Shown piece after piece: positions 24,816 through 32,000 of a stretch of 32,000 bases of DNA; position 1 is the stretch's first letter, and each line of letters begins with the position of its first letter. A model generated the notes under the pieces. It searched no databases. It had not been told where the DNA came from and saw only the letters and a program-made list of their open reading frames with translations. Origin of the DNA: Aquifex aeolicus VF5 (lineage in GTDB: Bacteria; Aquificota; Aquificia; Aquificales; Aquificaceae); assembly GCF_000008625.1 (NCBI RefSeq), contig NC_000918.1, positions 270,001 to 302,000 of the forward strand. Direction: 5' to 3'. A program made the translations under genes and the position numbers.

Positions 24816-26294
24816 TCATAACATACTCCATTTCATGGCTCTCTTTACAGCATCCTTCCACTTGGAGTAGTAAAGCTCCCTTTCCTCTTTTTTCATTTCT
24901 GGACTGAAAGTTAATTCAACTTCCCTTGTATCCTCAATGAATTCCTCTTTACTCTTCCACATTCCTGAGTATATACCTGCAATTCCAGCCGCTCCCAGAG
25001 CTGTAAGTTCTACATGCCTAGGTCTTTCAACAGGTATGCCAAGAATGTCAGCCTGAAACTGCATTAGGAAATTGTTCTGAGAAGCTCCTCCATCCGCTTT
25101 TAAGATTTTTATCTTCACTCCCGTTTCCTTTTCCATTTCTTCAATTACATCCCTTGTTTGATACGCTATTGCTTCTAATGCAGCTCTTGCTATGTGTTCT
25201 ATTCTTGTCCTTCCCGTAATCCCTATTATTATTCCCCTTGCTGACGCATCCCAGTAAGGAGCTCCAAGACCCGAAAAAGCTGGAACGAAGTAAACACCTT
25301 CATTTGAGCTGATGGATTTTGCCAGGTATTCCGTATCGGCAGCCTGCTTTATTAATTTAAGCCTGTCCATTAACCACTTTATACAGGCTCCTCCGGTCAG
25401 TACACTTCCTTCAATTGCGTAATTTACCTTACCATTTATAACCCAGGCTACTGTTCCAAGTAACCTTTCGGGTATTATCGGTTTACTTCCCGTTAAAAGC
25501 ATAAGGAATAAACCTGTTCCATAAGTGTTTTTAACCTCCTCTAATTCCCTTATTCCGTGAGCGAAAAGTGAGGCCTGCTGATCACCCAGAATTCCTGTAA
25601 TAGGTATTTCAACACCTGTAATACTTTTATCCGTGTATCCGAAAAGGGAAGAACTTTCATTCACCTCCGGGAGTATATTTTTAGGTATCCTGAATATTTT
25701 TAACAGTTCATCATCGTATTCAAGTCTTTTAATGTTGAATAGAAGGGTTCTTGAAGCGTTACTCGGTTCAGTTTTGTGAACCTTTCCTCCTGTTAAGTTC
25801 CAGAGAATCCACGTATCAACTGTTCCAAATATTACCTTTCCCCTCTCAATGTCTTTCTTTACCCCGTTTACGTTTTCTATTATCCAGTTTACTTTGCTTG
25901 CGGAAAAATAAGGATGTAAGAGAAGGCCTGTATTTTCCTTTATGTATTCAGAGTATTCGGAGAGTTTTCTACATATATCCTCAGTTCTTAAATCCTGCCA
26001 GAGTATTGCGTTGTAAACCGGTCTTCCGGTTTCCTTATCCCAAAGGATAACAGTTTCCCTCTGGTTTGTAATTCCAATTGAATTTATTTCCTTTAACCCA
26101 ACCTGTTGAATAACCTCGCTCAAAGACTTTCTAACGGCTTCCCAAAGCTCAAGAGGATCTTGTTCTACCCATCCAGGTTCTGGATATATCTGTGAAACTT
26201 CCCTGTCAGAAATTGCAACTATTTTTCCATTTTTTGAAAATGCGATAACTTTTACTCTAGTTGTCCCTACATCTATTGAAATAACAACACTCAT
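24816..26294 (-). CDS. glpK: Glycerol kinase
   Basis: FGGY-family motifs: IDVGTT, GITNQRET, GDQQASLF, ADGGAS. 492 aa. Confidence 0.95.
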   Translation of the reverse strand: MSVVISIDVGTTRVKVIAFSKNGKIVAISDREVSQIYPEPGWVEQDPLELWEAVRKSLSEVIQQVGLKEINSIGITNQRETVILWDKETGRPVYNAILWQDLRTEDICRKLSEYSEYIKENTGLLLHPYFSASKVNWIIENVNGVKKDIERGKVIFGTVDTWILWNLTGGKVHKTEPSNASRTLLFNIKRLEYDDELLKIFRIPKNILPEVNESSSLFGYTDKSITGVEIPITGILGDQQASLFAHGIRELEEVKNTYGTGLFLMLLTGSKPIIPERLLGTVAWVINGKVNYAIEGSVLTGGACIKWLMDRLKLIKQAADTEYLAKSISSNEGVYFVPAFSGLGAPYWDASARGIIIGITGRTRIEHIARAALEAIAYQTRDVIEEMEKETGVKIKILKADGGASQNNFLMQFQADILGIPVERPRHVELTALGAAGIAGIYSGMWKSKEEFIEDTREVELTFSPEMKKEERELYYSKWKDAVKRAMKWSML

Positions 26295-26965
26295 CTTATC
26301 TTATTTACAACTTCCCACTCGGTAATGAGTTGTTTTCCCCTTACGAAGTGACTCCTTAATCTTAAATGTAGTAAGTTTTTGAGTTTTTTGAATCCTTCAC
26401 CTCCCACTAAGGTGGGAACGTTCTCACCGCCCACTATGACGGGCAGGTGAATAAGCCTTATCTCGTCCACGACCCTTCTTCTCACGAACTCCCAGTTTAT
26501 GGAAGCTCCCCCTTCTACCATTAGTGACTTTATTCCCCTTCTGTAGAGTTCGGGAAGGAGTTTATCAAAGTCCACGAGTTCGTCCCCTACGACTATTACC
26601 TCAGCTCCTAGCTCTTTTATCTTTTCGAGTCTCTCCTTTGGAGCCCTTTCTGTCGTCGCTATTATCGTTGGAGCTTCCTTTGTGTTTAAAACGTTCGCAT
26701 CTAAAGGTACGTTTGCGGTAGAGCAGGGAATTATCCTCACGGGGTTTTTACCTTTTGCGTATCTGACCGTGAGGCTGGGATTGTCCGTCCTTACCGTTTC
26801 ACACCCTACCATTATCCCGTCAACCTTCGCCCTTATTTCATGGAGGTACTTGTAAGCCTCTTCATCCATCAGGCTCATGAGCTCCTTGGATGAGGCACCC
26901 CTGTAGAGGGTGAGTTTTCCATCCACGCTTACTTCGGAAACTATGATGACGTATGGTCTTTCCAT
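26291..26965 (-). CDS. RibD C-terminal-domain reductase (diaminohydroxyphosphoribosylaminopyrimidine / 5-amino-6-ribosylaminouracil reductase type)
   Basis: MERPYVIIVSEVSVDGKL..., VEGGASINWEF, IHLPVIVGG. I prefer ATG 26965 over the TTG at 26971. Confidence 0.8.
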   Translation of the reverse strand: MERPYVIIVSEVSVDGKLTLYRGASSKELMSLMDEEAYKYLHEIRAKVDGIMVGCETVRTDNPSLTVRYAKGKNPVRIIPCSTANVPLDANVLNTKEAPTIIATTERAPKERLEKIKELGAEVIVVGDELVDFDKLLPELYRRGIKSLMVEGGASINWEFVRRRVVDEIRLIHLPVIVGGENVPTLVGGEGFKKLKNLLHLRLRSHFVRGKQLITEWEVVNKIR

Positions 26966-26986
26966 AAGCAAAATTGTACAAAAATT

Positions 26987-27061
26987 TGGAGCGGGCGACG
27001 GGACTCGAACCGGCGACCTCCTGCTTGGGAAGCAGGTGCTCTACCTCTGAGCTACGCCCGC
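26987..27061 (-). tRNA. tRNA-Gly (anticodon CCC), with genomically encoded CCA
   Basis: Hand-folded cloverleaf. Acceptor GCGGGCG/CGCCCGC, D arm GCTC-AGAGGTA-GAGC, anticodon arm CCTGC-TTCCCAA-GCAGG, T arm GCCGG-TTCGAGT-CCCGT, discriminator U, then CCA. Confidence 0.9.
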
Positions 27062-27078
27062 TTTTTATTATTAAATTT

Positions 27079-27084
27079 TATAAT
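27079..27084 (+). promoter_or_regulatory. Candidate -10 box (TATAAT) upstream of nuoG
   Basis: TATAAT lies 20 nt upstream of ATG 27105, with an AAGGAGG RBS at 27093..27099. The -35 position would fall inside the tRNA gene. Confidence 0.3.
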
Positions 27085-27104
27085 GGTGTTTTAAGGAGGT
27101 TGAT

Positions 27105-29003
27105 ATGTCCGAAAAGGTGAAGATTTACATCGACGACGTTGAAATAGAGGCGGAAAAAGGAAAAACTGTCTTACAGGTAGCCCTCGAAAACGGGATAGAC
27201 ATACCCTACTTCTGTTACCACCCGAGACTCTCCATAGCCGGCGCGTGCAGGATGTGCGTGGTTTACTGGGAAGACATAAACAGACTCGTTATTTCCTGTA
27301 ACCTCCCCGTTCAGGAGGGAATGAGAGTAAGGACGCACAGAACGAGCGAAATGGTGAGAGAACAACAAAAGTACCTCCTTCAGGCTTTAATGACTAGACA
27401 CCCCCTTGACTGTCCGATATGCGATAAAGCGGGAGAGTGTGACCTCCAGAACCTCGGAGCCATTTACGGACCTCAGAAACAGATAGTCCCCATATCCGCA
27501 CTTGAAAAGGAGAGGGAAGAACACGACTGGGAGAGCGATTTTCTGGAGTACTACTCAAACAGGTGTGTTGTTTGTTACAGATGCACGAGGGCGTGCGACG
27601 AGGTCGTAGGTACGAGAGCCCTTTACGTTGAAGACAGAGGATTTCACTCAAACATAGTTCCCGCCGTAAGACCTATGGACACATCTACGTGTGAAATGTG
27701 CGGTATATGCGTGCACGTTTGCCCCGTAGGCGCTATTATTTCAAAACCCTTCAAGTATTGGTCCCGTAGCTGGCTTCTGGAAAAGGGAAGAACCGTATGC
27801 AACCTCTGTCCCGTGGGATGTGAGATACAGATAGAGTACGGAGTGGGAGACTGGCGTTCAAAGAGAAAGGTTTACAGAACGAAACCCACGGACGAGCTAA
27901 ATATCTGCGCCAAGGGCTTTTTTGGCTATGATTCCATAAATCACAAAAGACTTTTAAAAACTAAAGTGGGAAAAAGGGAAGAAACTCCCGGTAACGTCGT
28001 AAACCTCCTCACAACTATCCTCACCGAACACGGAGGGAAAACTGGAATAGTCTTTTCCGCATACCTACCCAAAGAAGTAATAGACGAAGTTTTAAGGATA
28101 GCAAAGGCCTCTCAGGCTTACGTCACGGCTCCCCAGAGTGTGGATTTATTCAAGTTTTTAGATGAGCTGGAAGAGTATGACTTTCCGACTGTAAAAGAAT
28201 TTGAAAAGGCGGACGCTTTCGTGTTCATAGGCGACGACATAACTTCCGTGGCTACCGTTCTTTCTTACTACACAAAGAAGAAGGTTTACAAGATAGGAAA
28301 GAGCGTAAGGGACGAAAAACTCCAGCCCGAAGAGATTACCTACGAAGATCTCCAGAACCTCGAAGGAAACGTGTTCGTCCTAGTGACACCCCACGCCTTA
28401 AACGGTGAAATCAAGGAAGTTGCAACGAAACTAAAAGAGCTTAAAAGGGAAAAAGGCTTTAAGGTAATCCCCGTGCCAAAAGACGCAAACGCACTCTACC
28501 TCTACGAAGTATTGAAAGGTATATACTCCGACCTTCCCGCGGTAATGGAAGCCTGCGAAAGGGGAGATATAGAAAACCTCATAATTTTCGGAGAGGACAT
28601 ACTGGAGTTTTACGAAGATAAGGTATTCGAAGAATTAAAGGAAAAGCTCGAACACCTCGTGGTTGTGAGCCCCTACGAAGACGGACTGAGCGAATACGCC
28701 CATATAAAGATACCCATGTCCTTAATGGGAGAAAATGAAGGAACTTATAAAACCTTCTTCGGTGAAGTTAAAGGAAAGAAGTTCCTTCCTTGGGCTTTCG
28801 ACGACCTCGCCTTCTGGAAGTACCTCGGTGAAAACTTCAAGGAAGAAAAAGGGCTAAAGGTTGTAAAAAGCTCATCGAACCTCAGGAGAAGGTTCGAACC
28901 GCATCTCTACAGGAACAACTGGATTACACAAAGGAGCCAGAACCTTTCAAGACTCTATGAAAAGAACAAAGATATAACGGTTTACTACGAAAGGAGTGTT
29001 TAG
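27105..29003 (+). CDS. nuoG: NADH-quinone oxidoreductase subunit G-like iron-sulfur protein
   Basis: N-terminal 2Fe-2S (C..C..C), the His-ligated cluster motif HPLDCPICDKAGECDLQ, CVVCYRCTRAC and CEMCGICVHVCP, followed by a molybdopterin-oxidoreductase-like domain. Confidence 0.9.
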   Translation: MSEKVKIYIDDVEIEAEKGKTVLQVALENGIDIPYFCYHPRLSIAGACRMCVVYWEDINRLVISCNLPVQEGMRVRTHRTSEMVREQQKYLLQALMTRHPLDCPICDKAGECDLQNLGAIYGPQKQIVPISALEKEREEHDWESDFLEYYSNRCVVCYRCTRACDEVVGTRALYVEDRGFHSNIVPAVRPMDTSTCEMCGICVHVCPVGAIISKPFKYWSRSWLLEKGRTVCNLCPVGCEIQIEYGVGDWRSKRKVYRTKPTDELNICAKGFFGYDSINHKRLLKTKVGKREETPGNVVNLLTTILTEHGGKTGIVFSAYLPKEVIDEVLRIAKASQAYVTAPQSVDLFKFLDELEEYDFPTVKEFEKADAFVFIGDDITSVATVLSYYTKKKVYKIGKSVRDEKLQPEEITYEDLQNLEGNVFVLVTPHALNGEIKEVATKLKELKREKGFKVIPVPKDANALYLYEVLKGIYSDLPAVMEACERGDIENLIIFGEDILEFYEDKVFEELKEKLEHLVVVSPYEDGLSEYAHIKIPMSLMGENEGTYKTFFGEVKGKKFLPWAFDDLAFWKYLGENFKEEKGLKVVKSSSNLRRRFEPHLYRNNWITQRSQNLSRLYEKNKDITVYYERSV

Positions 29004-29122
29004 TCTTTCCTCTTTCCGTACTTCTTCTTTACCGCTTTGAATTGAATTTTCCAGTAAAGGAAGAGAACTATCCAAGGGAAGACAAGGATGAAAACCAGAC
29101 TTAAGAATTCTCCAACACTCAC
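29000..29122 (-). CDS. Candidate 40-aa single-pass membrane peptide
   Basis: The GTG at 29122 overlaps the ClC stop (GTGA). A GGGAG SD lies 8 nt upstream (29131..29135). The product is (M)SVGEFLSLVFILVFPWIVLFLYWKIQFKAVKKKYGKRKD, one TM helix plus a basic tail. The ORF is too short to appear in the ORF track. Confidence 0.3.
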   Translation of the reverse strand: MSVGEFLSLVFILVFPWIVLFLYWKIQFKAVKKKYGKRKD

Positions 29123-30829
29123 TTTTTCCACTCCCTTATAGCTTTTCCTATATCGGCACGTGTTATGATACCGATAAGCTCGGAACTGCCCTTGTGCTTC
29201 ACGACGGGAAGTCTACCTATTCCCTTTGAGGAGAATATCCTCAGAACTTCAGCAAGACTTTCCTCTTCCGTAACGGTGATGAGATTAGTACTCATAACAT
29301 CGTAGACCCTCTTCTTTTCCCTGAGTTCGGAAGGAACTTTTTGTATGTCGCTTTTCGTTACTATTCCCACGAGTTTTCCTTTCGCAACTACGGGAAGTCC
29401 TCCTATTAGGTGTTTGGAAAGTATTTCTTCTACTTCCTTCAACGTCTGATTTGGAGAGACAGTTATGGGATTTGGAGTCATGTAATCCCTAACACAGAGT
29501 TTTTCAAGTATGTAAAAACCGAACTCGTCCATGTGAGCTGGGGAGTCGAGCCTTGTGTTTACCTGACTCGGGAATATGCTCTTCTCACCGCTAAGGAAGT
29601 AGGAAACGAATACCGCTATCATCGCGGGAACGAGGAGTTCATACCCACCCGTCATTTCGGCGATTAGTATCAAGGTGGAAAGGGGAGCCTTTGCTGCTCC
29701 TGCAAATAGAGCTACCATACCCACGATTGTGAAGGAAGGAACGTGGAGGTTTAGGGAGTACTGGGCATTTAAAAACAAACTGTAAGAAGCTCCGAGCAGT
29801 CCACCAATCATAACGGATGGACCGAAAACCCCTCCCGAACCGCCCGAACCTATCGTGAAGGAAACTCCCAGCATCACAGCTACCGCACTGAGGAATATCT
29901 GAGCGTAATCGTTCCACTTACCGTCCAGAATTAGTTGAAGCCAGCCGTAGCCGTTGCCTATCGCGGCGGGAAAGAGCATCCCTATACTTCCCGCGATAAA
30001 ACCACCTATTGCGGGCTTTATGAAGTCCTTTATCTTGAGTTTCCTAAAAAAACTACTTATTAAGAAAAAAATGTTCACGTAAACCCTCGTAAAGAGTGCG
30101 CAAATAACTTCTAGACCCGCGTACGTAAAAGAATTATTAAATCAACTTCTTTAAATGGCTGGACGTTTGAAGAAAATATCGGCTGAAATCCGTAAACGGA
30201 ACCAAAAACGCTGTAAGCTACAACTGAGGCTATAAAGCTCGGGATCATGGTCTCAATAATAGAAGTCCCTTTTGAAAAAGACCTCCGCACTGATAATTGC
30301 CCCGGCGAGAGGAGCTTTAAAGATAGCTGCTACTCTGCCCCGAGCCTATTGCGAGTGCCTTCCTCTTTTCGGACTCCTTTAGCTTAAACCAATCAGCCAC
30401 GGAAGAACCAAGCCCCGCACCAATTAAGGCTATTGGGCCTTCCCTTCCCGAAGTCCCGCCTGTTCCTATAGTTACAGCGGAGGTTATAAGCTTTACTATA
30501 GAAGACTTCAAAGAAAGCTTTTTTCCGTGGTGGTAGGCATATATGGCGGCATCAGTACCCACGCCTGCGGACTCAGGTGCAAAAAAGTAAGCGAGCAGTC
30601 CCGAAATAAGACCGCCTAGAGCTACAGTAATAGGAAGGAGATACGGTTTCAAAGGCTCCCATGTGAAGGTTTCCCTATGCCCTTCGCCTCCAGGGAGAGG
30701 CTGGTAATAACCTACAACTTGTTCAAGAACTAAGTGAGTAATAACTTCCAATGCTTCTACAAAGAGTATTGCAAATAAGCCCGCAAACAAACCTATGATA
30801 ACGGGGAGCCAGAAATACTTTCTGAGCAT
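29119..30829 (-). pseudogene. ClC-family chloride channel with a C-terminal CBS pair, disrupted by three frame changes
   Basis: The N-terminal fragment 30317..30829 carries GREGP. The C-terminal fragment 29119..30078 carries GGVFGPS and two CBS repeats. The 240-nt gap encodes ClC sequence in shifting frames: RVAAIFKAPLAGAIISAEVFFKRDFYY, then ETMIPSFIASVVAYSVFGSVYGFQPIF, then TYAGLEVICALFTRVYV. Confidence 0.8.
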
Positions 30830-30869
30830 TTAACTTTATTATAACTTTCGGGCGTTATACTAAATTAAC

Positions 30870-31664
30870 ATGCACGTCCTTTTAATCGGACTCGGAAATA
30901 TGGGAAAAAAATACTTAAGAAAAATAAAAGAACTGGGACTGAACCCCGTCATATGCGACATAGACCCTGAAAAGGCAAACGTCTGTAACGAATGTCCCTT
31001 TTACTGCCACATAGGGGATATAAAGGAAGAGGTTCAGAAAGTAATAATAGCCGTTGATCCGAAAGATCACGTAAGACTCGCGAAAGAGTTTCTGGAAAAG
31101 GGCATTCCCGTTCTCCTTGAAAAACCCCCGGCACTGACGAGTAAAGAGTTTGAAGAAATAGTAGAGAACCCAAACCTTGAGATATCCGAAATAGAACTTT
31201 ACTCCGAAGCCGTAAAAAATTTTCCAACGGATGTAGAACCTGAGGAAATAGTCATAGAAAGACTGAACAAAGGAAGTGGTTACATAAACCCTCTCTGGGA
31301 TCTCGCCTGGCACGATCTTTACGTACTTCAGTACCTCTTCGGTGATGTAGAAGCCGAAGAAGTAAATAGGAAAAACGGTATTTGGGAAATAAAGGGAAAG
31401 GTAAAAAACGTTCCCTTTACCCTGAGAGTTGCGTGGAATTACCCTGAAGAACAGAAGAGAGTCTGGAGGATAAAAACTAAAAAGGGAGAAATTTTAATGG
31501 ATTTCATAAAAGAAGAACTCGCTTACGGAAATTACAAGAGACAAAGGCTTTACGGAGACAAACTCGGTGAAATGGTTCGGGATTTCCTGAGCGGTGTAAG
31601 GAGAGAAGGAAGCACGAGAAGAGCTTTAAATAATTTAAGGATTTTGGAGAGTCTGAAAATTTAG
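30870..31664 (+). CDS. Gfo/Idh/MocA-family NAD(P)-dependent oxidoreductase
   Basis: N-terminal VLLIGLGNMGKKY Rossmann motif and the family EKPPA motif. 264 aa. Confidence 0.7.
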   Translation: MHVLLIGLGNMGKKYLRKIKELGLNPVICDIDPEKANVCNECPFYCHIGDIKEEVQKVIIAVDPKDHVRLAKEFLEKGIPVLLEKPPALTSKEFEEIVENPNLEISEIELYSEAVKNFPTDVEPEEIVIERLNKGSGYINPLWDLAWHDLYVLQYLFGDVEAEEVNRKNGIWEIKGKVKNVPFTLRVAWNYPEEQKRVWRIKTKKGEILMDFIKEELAYGNYKRQRLYGDKLGEMVRDFLSGVRREGSTRRALNNLRILESLKI

Positions 31665-31999
31665 TTTCTCTCCGCGGTCAAAACGATATTCTTCGGAGAG
31701 ATTACTTTTTTATCCCTCTTCATTTTGACCTTCAGATTTTCATCAAACTTATCCTTCAGGTAATAACACCAGGCTTCGTAAACACCGAGCTCGTCTATTA
31801 AGAACTGGTACTTTTCCCTAGGGAAGTTTCCTTCACAGCATGGCATTAAAACCGCAAACTTTACATTCTCGTTATTGTTCACAAGTTCTATAAACCTCTC
31901 CGACAAGTCCCTGCACAGGTGTATTCCCGTAAGGATTACTTTATCTCCCGCCTCTTTTATCAGTTTTTCAACCTCTTCGCTCATTATATCTGCCTTTAC
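31661..31999 (-). CDS. C-terminal part of a probable SAM-dependent methyltransferase (Methyltransf_32/TRM13-like pattern); the 5' end probably lies off the window
   Basis: GIHLCRDLS ... LMPCCEG resembles the LHaCGdLs ... vPCCyh pattern. The frame stays open from ATG 31984 up to the window edge. Confidence 0.35.
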   Translation of the reverse strand, partial: VKADIMSEEVEKLIKEAGDKVILTGIHLCRDLSERFIELVNNNENVKFAVLMPCCEGNFPREKYQFLIDELGVYEAWCYYLKDKFDENLKVKMKRDKKVISPKNIVLTAERN

Positions 32000-32000
32000 G

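Noticed and set aside
26972-29118. tRNA-Gly as the integration site of a genomic island (tRNA followed by an orphan nuoG and a pseudogene)
   Set aside because: I saw no integrase, no direct repeat of the tRNA 3' end, and no compositional shift by eye. The neighbours are ordinary chromosomal genes.
29410-29917. 85-aa and 92-aa ORFs overlapping the ClC C-terminal fragment
   Set aside because: They are off-frame or antisense ORFs within a region whose main frame has clear ClC and CBS motifs.
30079-30316. Recoding (programmed frameshift or TGA read-through) as an explanation for the split ClC gene
   Set aside because: Three separate frame changes of different sign occur within about 210 nt, with no slippery-site or structure pattern. 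Decay or sequence error is far more likely.
30915-31313. 132-aa and 92-aa minus-strand ORFs inside the Gfo/Idh/MocA gene
   Set aside because: They are antisense shadows with F/Y/L-rich composition. The sense frame has the Rossmann and EKP motifs.

Overview
Dense, almost gap-free bacterial chromosome of about 43% GC. Proteins are K/E/I-rich and many start and stop codons overlap, which fits a hyperthermophile. Several products match my memory of Aquifex aeolicus: the 111-aa tRNA-binding protein Trbp111, the 824-aa class II tRNA nucleotidyltransferase with a long N-terminal extension, and an Hdr-like sulfur-oxidation locus. This organism call is recognition, not a search result. Contents: (i) the 3' half of a sulfur-oxidising Hdr-like (sHdr) locus (hdrC-like, hdrB-like), then a terminator, then DsrE-like, GcvH-like lipoate-binding protein, radical-SAM enzyme and dxr. 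(ii) A minus-strand carA-pyrB operon with three poorly characterised tail genes. (iii) A cas-less 5-repeat CRISPR mini-array. (iv) A plus-strand string of unrelated genes: tRNA nucleotidyltransferase, lptB, RCK/USP regulator, CPA2 antiporter, rlmN, lolD-like ATPase. (v) A pseudopilin operon headed by two unknown proteins. (vi) Aminotransferase, Trbp111 and scpA. (vii) TusB/DsrH-like, dtd, an unknown HTH-like protein and thrC. (viii) A GGDEF cyclase. (ix) tRNA-Gly(CCC), ribD-C-like reductase, glpK, grpE, a 66-aa protein and a NYN protein. (x) A stand-alone nuoG. (xi) A ClC chloride-channel gene broken by three clustered frameshifts. (xii) A Gfo/Idh/MocA oxidoreductase and a truncated methyltransferase-like ORF. 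I saw no transposase, integrase or cas gene. The items most worth follow-up are the sHdr/LbpA/radical-SAM module, the DHH-CBS extension of the tRNA nucleotidyltransferase, the orphan CRISPR array with an orientation problem, the grpE-linked small-protein/NYN pair, the Cys-less thioredoxin-fold protein coupled to pseudopilins, and the decayed ClC gene.
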